Of a stretch of DNA of 64,000 nucleotides, positions 49,971 through 63,676 are shown in pieces. The DNA is from Leucoraja erinacea. Its lineage: Eukaryota. Position 1 is the first letter of the stretch; the number at the start of each line of letters is the position of its first letter. A model generated the notes under the pieces. That model was not told where the DNA came from. It ran no database searches and saw only the letters and a list, made by a program, of their open reading frames with translations. Location of the stretch: the NCBI RefSeq assembly GCF_028641065.1, contig NC_073413.1, positions 12,338,001 through 12,402,000 on the forward strand, given 5' to 3'. Made by a program: the position numbers and the translations under genes.

Positions 49971-51619
49971 CCCGGTGATTGACGGGCTGGTTTGGGCGGG
50001 AGCGCGGCGGCGGCGAGTTGTTCGCGGGCGGGCGGGCGCGAGGCCGGAGCCCGGAGGCGGCGCTGCAGCTCAAACAAACAAACCATCGCCTGTCTATTAA
50101 CTCTAAACCAGCCTGGAGGCTCCAACACTAAAAGCCACACAGGACAAGGTGGCTGCTCTATATCTAGCTCGCCAAACAAGGAGGTGAGGAGTGATAAACA
50201 ACACAATTGTGGAGGAAAAGAAACAATCAAGACTGATTTTTCCGTCAAAAGCCCGCAAATCTCTTAAAAAACACAGAACCCAAGGCACCCAAGGGTGTTG
50301 TGCTGGTGCCAGGCTGCATGCACCCTGTGGAAATGGGTGGGTGAGGGAGACCTCCACTTTAAATTCCATTTGGAATATTTTGGATGACCAAGAAACCAAG
50401 AACCAAGACTTGTCTTGAACCAACCCTTAAAAGTCAATGCAAATCCTTGCAGCAAAGTCCTGAGAGACTGCAGGTCAATCTGGTGGAAATATCTATCAAA
50501 CTGCAGCTGCTTAAAGCCTTTGGGGGAAAAACTCCAAAATGATGGATTACTCAGCAGGTCAAGCAGCGTCTGTGGAGAGAGAGAAAGAATACTTTGCCGT
50601 TTTGGGTTTTATGACCTTTAGCCAGTTATTTTGCTTGGTTAATGTGGTTCAATTGTTCACCACCCAGCTTCTGCACCAGACAAGACTTCAGGAAAATATC
50701 AGTCCAAAACTCATAACGACATATTAGATCACTTTATTTCCATCTCTCTTCCATTTTCCCCTCTAGCTTAAAAATTTTAAGTGTCCATCGCTTTGCAAAA
50801 GATGCATAAGAGTTTGGTTTAATGATACAACGTAGAAACAGGCCCTTTGGCCCATTGAGTCCAAGCCGACCATTGATCACCCTATGTTATCCTGTTGCAA
50901 TTTAATTTATCGAGGCCAACTAATCTGGGATGTGGGAGGAAACCCATGCGGTCACAAAGAGAACTTGCAGATTCCTCACAGACAGCACCCGAAGTCAGGA
51001 TAAAACCTAGGTCTCTTGCTATGAGATAGCAACTCTACCAGCTATGCCACCCTATAGAGAGTCACTGAAATTATGGGAATGAGGGAGAGGTACATTGGTA
51101 GACTGGAAAAATTGGGGTTGTGCTCCTTGGAAACAGGAGGAAGAAGGAATTGCAGATGCTGGTGTACAAAAGTAGGCGCAAATTACTGGAGTAGCTCAGC
51201 GGTGTGAAGAAAGGGTCCCGACCCCAAAACCTCACCAATCCCATGTTCTCCAGAAATGCTGCCTGACCCGCTGAGTTAATCCAGCACTGCGTTTTACTTG
51301 GAATTGAGGAGGTTGTCAGGGATCAGATAGTGGTATTTAAAATTTAGAGGATGTAAACAGATAAATTGACTCATTGACAGTGGGCCCAGTAACAGAATGA
51401 AGGTGTTCAAGAAGGAACTGCAGATGCTGGAAAATCGAAGGTACACAAAGATGCTGGAGAAACTCAGTGGGTGCAGCAGCAGCTATGGAGTGAAGGAAAT
51501 AGGTAACGTTTCGGGCCGAAACCCTTCTTCAGACTGAGTTTCTCCAGCATCTTTGTGTACCAACAGAATGAAGGTGATTGACAAAATAAGCCAAACTAAA
51601 AGATTTTCTTGCAGAGTGA

Positions 51620-52169
51620 ATTCAGTAAAACTGATGATCTGACACCCTCAGAATTTTGGTGGTGCTAGATTGGATTCCCTTCCTATTCATACCCAAACAC
51701 ACATAATTATTATTTTTTTACAAATTACACAATAATGTAATAAATTGTGATGAGCAAGAAATATACTAGTGCTCAAGACCTTGGCTTCAGTTGCAGATGT
51801 ACCTATGTTCCTCATCTTTGGTGCTCTGGATCCTGATCCAGTTTTGGCTGCAGACGAAATGTGTAGGAAGGAACCGCAGATACTAGTTTACACTATTCAG
51901 TAAAACTGATGATCTGACACCCTCAGAATTTTGGTGGTGCTAGATTGGATTCCCTTCCTATTCATACCCAAACACACATAATTATTATTTTTTTACAAAT
52001 TACACAATAATGTAATAAATTGTGATGAGCAAGAAATATACTAGTGCTCAAGACTTTGGCTTCAGTTGCAGATGTACCTATGTTCCTCATCTTTGGTGCT
52101 CTGGATCCTGATCCAGTTTTGGCTGCAGACGAAATGTGTAGGAAGGAACCGCAGATACTGGTTTACACT
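51620..52169. repeat. Near-perfect 275-bp tandem duplication
   Basis: 51620-51894 repeated at 51895-52169 with about two visible substitutions. Confidence 0.9.
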
Positions 52170-53947
52170 GAAGATAGACATGAAATGCTGGAGTAACTCA
52201 GCGGGACAGGGACAGGCAGCATCTCTGGAGAGAAGGAATGGGAGTTTGGGCTGCATTATCAGGAGGCAGATCCACTGTATCTTGGTACACATGACAATAA
52301 TAACCCAATACCAATACAGATATAATTTTGACCAGTGCCCTATATGCCATAAAGCTTTATGATCACAAAGACATGTTGTAACAGAACATTGTTCTTGTGC
52401 TAAATGACTACAAAGAATAGGGACTTCTTGAGCCATAGATTTATTTTGGAAGAAGTGAGCTGCCCAGTAATTGGAATAAAAATGCTTAAGCTTTATTCGA
52501 GTGTGAGCAAAATTACAGCTATGCCTATAAACTGATCCAAGTTTGATGAATTTATTCCTTGGAAGAATCAAGCTATTCAACAAACATTTTGACAAGAACA
52601 AAGAAGGATAACTGTAGGACACAGTTAAATTGTGGTTTTATAATGGCCTTTATTGCAATAGTGTCTTTTATGCCTTTTGCTAGAACTGTCTGTCACCCAA
52701 ACTTTCCACGTCAGAAATGCAGACAATTGGGATCACAAAAGTTGCGCTGGTTGGTTAATTACCTCAGTTAATTTTGGATCTCAGTTAGAATTAGCTAACT
52801 AGCATAGTAGATCTGAATTATGGATTCAAAACATGCTGGATCACAGAATGTGAGACTGGGGCATTTCAACATGTTTTGTGTATTCTTGACAGGAGTATCT
52901 CAAATTGAGAGGTACATATTTGCTTTCCTTTTCAGAGGAAGCTGAAAGTATTTTGAAAAGGCACCTTGGAGAGATCAAGGACAATTGAGCAGTCTTCATG
53001 AAATCATCAGAAAAACAGAAGCAAGAAGACTCCATGAAGGTTAGCAGCAAACCCAAGTAAGATTATGGCCAGGGACTTTATTTCAGGTCAACTTTTAGAA
53101 ACTGGTTACAGTACAGGGAATCTGCTTTGTTGTGTAGTAATAGTTAAGCTCTGCATTTTCAAAGAAATCTTTTGCTTAGCTGTACTTTTGGGAGAAGATT
53201 TATTAAAATTAGATTTTTAAGTCAAACCCATTGGCCCGTAGTGCTTGCCCCACTGTTTCCTAAAAATAAGATAAAATTGTGATAATAGGTTATAATGACA
53301 GGCATTTTAATGTGACTACTGATCTCGATTACTACATGGCACAATTATCTGGTAAAAATATACTCTAGTTCATGAGGACTGAAAATGTGTGTACTGAAAT
53401 AGCCATGGGTTTAAGGGAAATAAAGAGAATATCTGTGGTAAAGAATGTAAATTATGGCAATAATTCCCAGCTTGTTACAGTACTGGATTGTGTCTGAAAA
53501 AACATATTGCTTTGATCTTTTGTGGATAATATAAGTGTGGATAAGTATTAGTTTAGTATATTATTCCTATAATAGGACTCTTCTATTCAGCTGTTTGTAT
53601 GTAATATCACAAGAGTGGAAAGGAACTTTCTGTCAGATGCATGTTCGTGCAGCAAATACTGAAACGATTTAAAAAATGGCGTTAAATTTTATAATTATTT
53701 TAACTTTGGCAAACAGTTTAAAACTATCAGGTTAGTCAGATTTTGTGCTTTGAATTGTCTTTCAAATGGTTTTCTAAAGCTGAATGTTAAGAGTGACCAC
53801 CGGTGTGACGGACAGCTTTAGATTATGGTTCTGCCTAACCAATAAAGCTTTAAGCAAAAATCAAAGGAAAGAGATAAAGAAAGTAGTCTGAAGCATGCAT
53901 TTTTTTACATGTAAAATAAGGTAATCTGTTTGTTTTGCAAATAATAG

Positions 53948-54152
53948 ATGAAACCTATGGAGAGAGATGAGGCACCACTGAGAATAAACGCTTTCACCCT
54001 CATTCCAACTCAAAAATACAGAAGAAGCTGCAGACAACTACAATCCAAGAAAGGTGGTGATAGACTGGAAAACTTCCACATACAGTATAACTGTGGCTAT
54101 TTCCAGTTAATACCAGTTGAAATCTTTCACAAAGTGTTGTGTTACCTTTCAG
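53948..54152 (+). CDS. FBXO47: FBXO47 (F-box only protein 47) coding exon 1
   Basis: ...RINAFTLIPTQKYRRSCRQ...GYFQLIPVEIFHKVLCYLS(V) aligns by eye with human FBXO47 (RINTNFTLIPNQKLRRSNRQ...GNFKALPLEIFQIILKYLSV); start codon choice uncertain. Confidence 0.88.
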
Positions 54153-55592
54153 GTACAATATCACAATAAGTACATTTTTTAAGTAAATATTTTTTTTCTC
54201 CTTGTATTGATTTCTTTAGTTGAGTGATTTTCACTCCGTCTCTCCTGAAAATGTTGATTCGCGTGGAAGTCATGAGATTTTGAAGCATTGTGGTTGCGTT
54301 ATTGGACTAGCAATCCAGAGGTTTTCACTAGTATAGCAGAGATAGGAATTCAAATCCCATCACACCTTTTAGGGAATTTAAATGTCATTCATTAATCTGG
54401 TCTAAAAAAAGTCAATGGCATTTCCCAGTGACCGTTAAACAACTTGACATTATAAACACCCATGTGATTCACTAGTGAATAGACAGACCTGTGGCCTTGA
54501 CCCCTATTAACTCTAGATTTGTCCAAATATCCTTTGAAATGACAGGTTCAAGGGCATTTTTAAGGATGAATATTAAACAATGGTCTGATCACAATGACAC
54601 GTCCGTGAGGGAAAAGTAATATTCGGACAATAGCTCATCTCTCCAACTGGCTGAGTATCTTATTGAGCCCATTTTCTCAGTATTCTGCATACAATAGCTT
54701 TCCTTCAAAAGAGGTTGATGCTTTTTCAATTTTCCCTTCCCAATATCCTTCTTACAATGATAACACTCAGTACAGCTTAGTGATGGTGCCTGGGATCCTT
54801 GAGATTTCTAACCAGACAAGATGTGTTTCTGTGGTGAGACAATTCTGGTTAACTATTTTATCTGACAGTTACCTTGCTAACGATTGGTGATGAATTATGT
54901 TAGTGAAACAGTGGTTTCCATTGTAATATTTTCCTCAAATCTAAATTATAAGCATGGGGTATTATTTGTGTTTTACTATCTCTTTATAAAGAAAATCATT
55001 TAGTGCTGAGGCACTGAGATAAATAAACGATAAGGTCTCACGTTCAATTATTGCTCTGTCCTCAGTTTACAAATTCCTGAAAGCCTTCCCTGAAAGTGGA
55101 TGATATTTTTGTTGAAAACAAGATTGATGTTTTTCAAACCTGTTGTCTCTCCATTCACTGGTTAATTATTCACTGGTTAATTATTGTCATTCGGACTCTG
55201 TCTGGGATGAGATGGTAATTTTGAAAGATTTGGGGTGAAAGATTAAAAAAATAATTAATGAGTGGTGTGCCATGGAGCTGTCAGAAGCCCACATGAGCAT
55301 ACAATTCCACATAGATCAGGCCATAACAAAGACAAATTTCCTTCTACGAGAATTAATAAACCAGATTTTTGTTTGACAGTCCAGCAATGTTATGAATTCA
55401 CTATTACTGATGATGAACAAGTTTTTTATTTGACATCTTTTTAATTCATGTAAATTCCGCAGCTCGTGTCTGTGGATCTTAAGTGTGGGCCTCTGGATTG
55501 CTAGTAACCCAACCTATGCTACCATGTCCCTAAGTCTAGTTTTATGATAATAATCAGGTGTGGTACATTATTTTGTCTTCTGTTTTTATCAG

Positions 55593-55754
55593 TGACAGAC
55601 ATCAGTGTTCTGAGCATGGCATCAAAGGTGGTTGGCACTCAGGTTGTGGGTTATATTGCCACTTCATCGGGAATAAGACGGCTTCTATTGGAGGGTTTCC
55701 ATTCCACTGATGTTTCCAAGAAATCAGTTGCAATGGAACACTACAGATCTTTAG
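55593..55754 (+). CDS. FBXO47: FBXO47 coding exon 2
   Basis: TDISVLSMASKVVGTQVVGYIATSSGIRRLLLEGFHSTDVSKKSVAMEHYRSL(G); phase 1-1. Confidence 0.9.
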
Positions 55755-56659
55755 GTAATTTTCTAAAGGAGAGTAAGACATATAAAGTGGAGCCTAAGGC
55801 CATGATATAAAGCTTACAAATTAATATTCATGCAGATTCCAATTCGCCTGTCCATGAAAATCAATTTGCTAGGGTACTGATCCATGGGTATCAGCCACCC
55901 ACTGGCCTTTTGTTCCATTGGCGTATTTTATGAAGCAGAAATGTATTTCATAATAAAATATTTGAAGGTTAAATGTTTTTGTGCAGATGGTTATTGAAGC
56001 TGGTTTTAGTTATAATGTTACGGGAACATGACAAAGAATAATATGAAAGGGTTGGGAGAAAAGCTGCATAATGGCATGACGGTGCTTTGCTGATATTAAC
56101 CATGACATAGGCACAGTTGGCAGAAGTTGTTTCCTCCTGTGCTTAAATAGTTGTCATTCTGTGACATGCATGCATGTGGTTGAAAGGGCAGGAGTTTTGA
56201 CAATAGTTGGGGGAGTCAATAGGCAACAATGCAGAGTTCACCTTATCTCTCTCAACAAATAGACATGTACACAATTAGTCAGACACATAGAGCTCACTGA
56301 ACAGAATTCTGAGCAGCTTCACAACTTCCTTGGTTTTAAATATCACTGAAAGAAAAATAATAATGCATCTGGAATACTCAGAAAGGCCATTAAATGCAAT
56401 TAAAGAGCAGGAACTTGTCTCTTATGCTAAGGAGTGTCAAACAATTGAGCAACATTTGTAGCAGACATTAAGGCTTTTTGGCCAGTTAGGCTAACTGCTG
56501 TTAATGCATAACCTGAGATTGTCCCAATTTTTATTTTATCTCATCCTGACAACAGTTCCTGCCATACCTTTAATTTCCCAATACTACCTGGTTCTCCTGA
56601 AATGTATTTTTGCTGTTCGGCTTTATGTGGCCACAAAATTTAATAATCTTATCACATGC

Positions 56660-57090
56660 ATGATTTGGAAATGGATGTAGGAGGTATGATTAGTAAGTTG
56701 GTTGATGAGACAGAGGTTGGTGGGGTTGTTGATGGTGTGGAGAGTAGTCAGGCTTCAGAATGTTATGAGAATATTGGTGAATGGCCTGAGAAATGGCAGA
56801 TGGAGTTTAACCCTGGTAAATTGGAGTGATGCATTTGGGAGTACTAATGAGGCTAGGATATACACCATGACAGATATGGTTGGGGCATATTTGGTAAAAG
56901 AGGGACCTTGGTGTGCAAGGTCAAACATCTTTAAAGGTTCCAGCACTGGTAGATAACTTGGTTAGATAGGCATATGGGTTACTGGCTTTCATTATTTGGG
57001 GCACCAAATATAGGAACAGGAAGGTTATGCTCCATCTTTATAATATATTAGTCAGACCTCAGCTGCAGCACTACACGCAGTTCTGGTCAG
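56660..57090 (+). mobile_element. Old degenerate CR1 LINE ORF2 fragment
   Basis: Remnant of the W..KWQMEFN..K motif and ...LYNILVRPQLQHYTQFWS, typical of CR1 reverse transcriptase C-terminal region. Confidence 0.65.
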
Positions 57091-57198
57091 GGATAGGAAG
57101 GATTGGGCCAGATCTAGCAATATCCATTTTGCCATCATTGACCTTATCTATCTGCAGCACCATGTTATATAAACTAACATTTGGTTTTGTTTACTCAG

Positions 57199-57275
57199 GA
57201 TTGCTGTTTAAAAGATGTACGCTCCTGCTTCCCACGAAGGAAAGACTAAAATTTGTGCATAATCAATTATTAAAG
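57199..57275 (+). CDS. FBXO47: FBXO47 coding exon 3
   Basis: LLFKRCTLLLPTKERLKFVHNQLLK; matches human GLLFKRCTLLLPTKERLK. Confidence 0.93.
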
Positions 57276-60061
57276 GTAAGATATTGTATTTGTAAAACAA
57301 ATGCGCTGCATACAAAAGAGTAAGAATCTTTCAAGGTCAGTGTGTTGTCACATGCACCGATTAAGGTACAGAGAATTTGAGTACAGCCATACTAAGTGAA
57401 AAGCAACAAGCCACACATCCACATAAAAGGTAACATAAACATCCACCACAGCAGATTCCACATTCCTAACTATGATGGAAGGCAATAAAGTTCAAACTTC
57501 TTCCTCTTTGTTCCACGTGGTCAGGGCAGTCAAACCATCCGCAGTCGGGGCGATCAAAGCCCTCGCCGCTGACGATCGAAGCCCCCCCCCCCCCCATCGG
57601 GGTGATCGAAACTCCCGCGTCAGGGCGGCTGAAACTCTCATCGCGGCATGGAGCTCCCGAGTTGGCCTCTTCTTACCAGAAACTGCGGGCATCATGATGT
57701 TAAGTCCACAGGCCCCACGGTTGGAGCTTCGATTCCCGGCAAAGGGATCGCAAGCTCCGCGATGTTAAAGTCCCGCAGACTCCCGTGGCTTGGGGCGCCC
57801 GTCGGTCTCCAGGAAATGCCGCCAACTCCACGATGTTAGGCCGCAGTGGGGACGGAGATACGATATGGGAAAAAAACGCATATCCGGTGTGGTAAGAGAT
57901 TGAAAAAAAAGTGTCCCCCATCCCCCCCCACCCTTCCCCCAAGGAACACTAAAACATACTTTTTAACACATACTAAAAATAACAAAAAAGAAGAAAGGAC
58001 AGACAGACTGTTGGCGCGGCTGCCACTGCTGGTGGCGCCACCCGGTGTTCATTGACAGATAAAATAGATAACCAGAATAGTCTCACCATAGAAACTCATC
58101 TAGTCTGAGCTGCATGGAGAAATTGGGCAGGCTAGGACTTAATTCCTTGGAACGTAGGAAGCTGAGGGGAGATCTTGGAGAGGTGTATAAAGTCATGAGG
58201 GTAATAGATGGGGTGAATGTAGAGTATTTTTCCACGGGTAGGAGAATCAAGAACCAGAGAGCATAGGTTTAAGGGGAAAGATTAAATAATAAACTGAGGG
58301 GCATCTTTATCCACACAGTGGTGGGTATATGGAATGAGCTGTCAGACAAAGTTGTCGAGAGAGACACAATAACAACATTTAAAATATTTTTGGATAGGCA
58401 CGTGAAAGGATCACAGGGATATGGCACAATTGCGGGCATACGAGACTAGTTTAGATGGGGCATCTTGGTCAGCATGGACGAGTTGTGTGGAAGGGCCTGT
58501 TTACGTGCTGTATGACTCTGATTCTCACAGCACCTTCTGCTCCGTGCTACCTCGGACAATCAGCTCTGGTACAACAGTAATCTGGGTTTGACATGATCTC
58601 TGGTGCAGTCTGTAGAGTTTGCATGTTCTCCCTTAAGGGAGAGCGAGTTTCTTCAGGGTGTTCCAGTTTACTTTCATATCCCAAAGATGGGGAATAAATA
58701 GCCTATATGGAATACAGAAATATGAAAAAGAAACCTGTATGCCAATTAGTTTAATTGCTAAGTTTTATATTTTGTGTTCTTCAACACTAGTACTTTTTTT
58801 CTTTAACGAATATTATAATCTTTTGCTCCATTCTGATAAATATCTCAGAAAACGTTTGAAAGGAAATATTTTGCAACTGTTGATGTTGAGGGAAACCAAA
58901 GAAAATGGTACACGTTTCAATCATTTGTGCCTCAAAATTGCATCAGGTCTTACAAATGACATTTATCTCTGATTTTTATCTTATAACTGAACTTGTGATT
59001 GAGTTGTGTGAGTTTTTGATTGCTTATTTCTAAAATGGGTAACGTATGGATCAGCCAGTCCCCAAAGTGAGTCTTGAAAAAAGTGTCCTTTAATCTCTCC
59101 TGCCTTAGCCAAGAATGTGCTTTTTGGGTCTGACGCTGAACTGAGGATAAAAGAAACGTTGCCTTTGTAACTTCAGAAATGTCTAACCAATATAACTGAA
59201 ACAGATTATATGGGCACTCGTTGTTGAAGTTTGCAGGATGTTTTGTGCAGTAATTACTGCCATGTTTCCTACATTACGGCAGTGACCAGAATTTTAAAAC
59301 AGCTCCTTTTGGGATTGCAACTTTGCCTCAAAATTAAAAGAATTTGCTGATATTCTAATCATCTCAAGATAATTATCATTGTGATGCTTTAACCATTCAG
59401 AAAGCTGCCATTATCTCCTCATTTAATTCTTCAATTATTCAAAAAAATTGGGATAGAAATGTCCCAAAATTGATCACTGGTACAAAGCATGGAATATAAT
59501 AGCGGCCACTTATTGCACTCTGATTTCAAAATTTGATTTAGTTATAGTCAATAGAACTGCACTTTGAAATCACTGTGCAAACAGCTCCAACTTATGCATG
59601 TTTACTGAAAAGATTAGCGTATATTTCTCCCCCTGTTGGCTCTATCTTTTGTTTTATCCTAAACATTAATGACACTTATCATGCACTTGGTTGTAAATAT
59701 ACCTCTTGCTAGTTTGATCTCATGTTCTGTTGCCACATTCTCACAATTTAGTTGAAGTTGTTATTTCAGGCTTGTTATTTTCCTTTCCCTAACTCAAGCA
59801 AAATACAGCAGCAAAGAATTCAAAGAAACCCAGGGATTAGTCAGGATGTTAAATTCGCCACCAAATAGTACAGTTAATGTGAATACTATGCATGTGTTCA
59901 AGAGATAGCTAATTGGAGTCTGAAAGGAGAAAGGATTGAAATTGAAAGAATATGCTGGTAGGGTGGAGAAAGTCTTGTGTGGAGCGCAGACATTGTGCCA
60001 GACCAGTTTTACCTCATGACCAGCTTCTGTGTAGTATTTCAATGTTAGCTCTTAGCTCCTT

Positions 60062-60079
60062 AGATAGATAGATTATCCT

Positions 60080-60126
<47 letters not shown>

Positions 60127-60140
60127 GGATAGATAGATAA
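60062..60140. repeat. (GATA)n microsatellite
   Basis: Run of AGAT tetranucleotides. Confidence 0.95.
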
Positions 60141-60849
60141 GATATGAAACCATACTCCGTCTACTGAGTTTCCATCAACATCAAGTTCCCATTTACATTA
60201 ATCCTACACCAATTGCATTTTCTCCTCAGAATCGACCGTTCACCTACCTACACGCCAGAGACAATTTATGAGGCCAGTTTACCTACTGACTCGCACATCT
60301 TTGGGATGTGGGAGGAAACTGGAGCATCCGGAATAAACCATGCAACCGCAAAGGAACATGCAAACACCAGGCAAACAGAAATAGGAGTCAGGATTGAACT
60401 TGGGTTGTTGGACGTCCCTCTATCTCAGATCTTTGATTTGAGAAATCAGTAAAATGGCTCTCTGAGTGCCACCTCTACCACTTGAACGTTTAGAATCAAG
60501 TACTCAAGGTGCTTCTGACTGGAGAATTGTACATTGCTCATTAATTTCTCTGGCAGAAGACTAGTCCCTCTGGATTAGTTTCTTCTGTTTACGTGGTTCT
60601 TATCCAAGATTTTTATTGACATCAAAGAAATAACCATAAAAACTGCACCTTGAAATAAATTAACATGCCAAATGTTTTCCCAAGTCAATCAGCATCTGGA
60701 AGAGATGGGTGATGTTTGTGATGTGACTCATCATCAGAGATGGATAACCATAAAGGAATCCTACCAAACAATTATCCTGTGTTTTTATTAAGAATATTGT
60801 GTGTTAAAGATGTTCATGAAAGTATCTTTTTTATTTTCTCCTTTGTCAG

Positions 60850-60927
60850 AATCCATGTTTTAGGATGGGCGGCTGTACAATGGTCGTGCAGTGTTCAGGA
60901 TTTGCTTGTTTTGGGATGTTATTACAG
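60850..60927 (+). CDS. FBXO47: FBXO47 coding exon 4
   Basis: NPCFRMGGCTMVVQCSGFACFGMLLQ; four-Cys pattern matches human CFKFNGCAAPMQCLGLTCYGMFLQ; 78 nt. Confidence 0.9.
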
Positions 60928-62183
60928 GTAAGGCTCAAGCAACACTTTATATATCGTAGGTACAGTTATTTTATAGTGATCTAAAAGGATGTTGAAGGTT
61001 ATGGAGATAGAATAGATTTGTTTGATATACACAGAAAAACATCTAACTTGGAAGTCATGCAGGGCAAGTTACAGTAGGAATCTACTAACTTTTCATAGAA
61101 GGATAATATTGAAACAAAGTCCTGGGCTTTTATGCAGTGAAATATATCAAAATTGTCCTCCATGATGAAAAATGCATTATTATTATTTCATTACTTTATT
61201 TTTTAATTGATTTTATCAGTATGAAGGGCATTATTATTATTGGTTGAAGCACATTGGAACAAAGTTTCTGACAATTGGGCTGTAACTCAATATCACTAAA
61301 TAAAGAAAACATTTAGTCCTTAGTGCTAAACACATGAAAGACCATCAGTGCCCGATGAACTTACCTTTGCAGTTTTGGAATGTGTAGGGATCAGTGCATT
61401 GGGCTACCAACATGCTTTGTACACAGTTAGCAATCAGAGATGTGAAGCCTCAACGAATATCTTCCCCTTTCTCAAACTGCAGTTATATTACTTCCTTACA
61501 ATGCTGAATTGATACAGTTTTTGCCAGTGATCTAATTCTCCCTAAAGTATTGTGTGAGGGCATAGCGTGAAGGGAACATTTGGTGAATCATCTTGCCACC
61601 TCCTGTTTATTGTTCTATTTACTGACAGCAGGAGTTGGAAATTGTCAGGAGTTTAACAAGTGCTGGAAGGAGTACTTGTTGTGGCAGAGCTTACAAAAGT
61701 GTCAACCAAAGGTTGGGAAGTAGCAATAGTTTTAGTAGTTCATATTTGGCTAGAATGGACACAATGGACTGAATGGCCACCATTTGTGCTTCTTCTTATT
61801 GAGTCCACATCGCAAGATTAGAAATTGTTCAGCCAGACCTGAACACACCTCTCGGCGTCAAGTCAAGAGTCAAGAGTGTTTATTGTCATGTGTCCCAGAT
61901 AGGACAATGAAACTCTTGCTTGCTGCAGCACAACAGAATATTGTAAGCATAAATACAGATCAGTTCAGTTCAATGTACACATATATAAACAGATAAAGTG
62001 CATCTGCATAACAATGGCGCCTTGCGCTTCTTGTACGTGGTGGTGGAAAGATTGGTGGAAACAAGGCCGCGACGTGAATGCTCTTTCCTTGACCCCACCA
62101 TCTGTGCTGAATTTTTATGAGTTACAGGAAGTGTACATTTTGTTTTTGCCTTACAATAAATACTTTCTTGTCTCTTCTTGCAG

Positions 62184-62292
62184 ACTCTTATAGCGGGCTG
62201 GGATGAGCTGGAATGTCACCGAGTGTTCAACTTTCTGAATGAAAGTGCGAATCTGCCTCGAAAAATGCAAAGTGTGGTGTGCAGTAGACCAG
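62184..62292 (+). CDS. FBXO47: FBXO47 coding exon 5; gene continues beyond window end
   Basis: TLIAGWDELECHRVFNFLNESANLPRKMQSVVCSRP(G); AGWDELECHRV hallmark. Confidence 0.94.
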
Positions 62293-63643
62293 GTAACAAG
62301 TATCGCAATGAAGCAGACATGCTCAGCCTGTAAAACTATGATATGAAAACTCTGTACACATGCAGAATGATAAAACTAATTTTGCTATTGCTAGGTCAAA
62401 GGATGGTTTGAGGGAAAAGTGACTAAACCCTACATTGTTATAGAAATTAGATGAAATATTTGAAGATACTGTATGGCCATTAACAGTATTTCGCTTCAGT
62501 GAACATGTCATTCCAACTCTTGTCTGTTAATTCAACACCCATGCAATGCTAGACTCAGCAACTCTTTCCAGCCACGAGCCTCAGTGACTATCATTAGCAA
62601 TCACTGTTTGAATAAAAATTAATATGTACAGACAGTAATGATTCAGTGAGTAGGTGAAATCTTGGTATGACACTAAGCCTCTCCAACCAGCAAGTCACAA
62701 ATGTGATTGCTTCTTTGTATTGAAAGAACTGATTTCCAGCTAATTCAACAGTTGACTTCATTGTCATTCGATTGTACAGAACATGTCCTTGCTTCCAATT
62801 GTTTTCTGGTGACTGGAGTTTCCTAATATGTTGGAATTACGTGCTGGCTCTGACAAGCAACATTTATGCATGAAAAAGCCCAGCAAAGACAAAGTTTCAT
62901 ACTGTGGTAGACAAAAGTGCTGGAGAAACTCAGCGGATGCGGCAGCATCTATGGAGCGAAGGAAATAGGCAACGTTTCGGGCCGAAACCCTTCTTCATAC
63001 TGTGGCTAGCACCAACAAGGTGCAACAACTTCAAGGAAACAGGAATGTTGATTTCCTTGCATAATCTTACGTAACTATTTAAATTTAAGCAAATTCCTTT
63101 TTATAAAACTCCTTTTTTATACTCTAAACTAAACTAAATAATAATTATTTTACTTCAGAACATTTACAATGAATCACATTTAATTATATAATGCATTTTA
63201 CAGAGGATGGAATTATGAAATATACGATACGGCAGGGAAAGAGGCCCTTCGACCCACAGAGTCCATGTTGACCATCCGGCACCCGGTCACATTAGTTTTA
63301 TCCCACTTTCTCATTCATTCATTAGGGGCAATTTTACGACGGCCAATTAACCTACAAACCTGTTCGTGTTTAGGATGTGGGAGGACAACTGGTCGCAAGG
63401 AGAACATGCAAACCTCACGCTGACAGAACCTGAGGTCAGGATCGAGCCTGGGTCTCTGGAGCTCAGCTGCGCGACTATGCTGCCCTTATAAACTATTTAG
63501 AAAGGAGCTTCACCACTGAATTAATTTGATTCATTGATATAAAATAAATGGTCCCATGAAATCTCAATGTAAATAAGTTATAACAAATGGAAATAAATGA
63601 TCATTAAACTTCGGCTTAGCCCGATTTGAATAAATTTTGCAGA

Positions 63644-63676
63644 TGCAGTGATTAATCTTGCCACCAGAGGCTGCTG
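63644..63676 (+). promoter_or_regulatory. Candidate CTCF site with upstream motif
   Basis: TGCAGTGAT-TAATC-TTGCCACCAGAGGCTGC; sequence match only. Confidence 0.35.
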
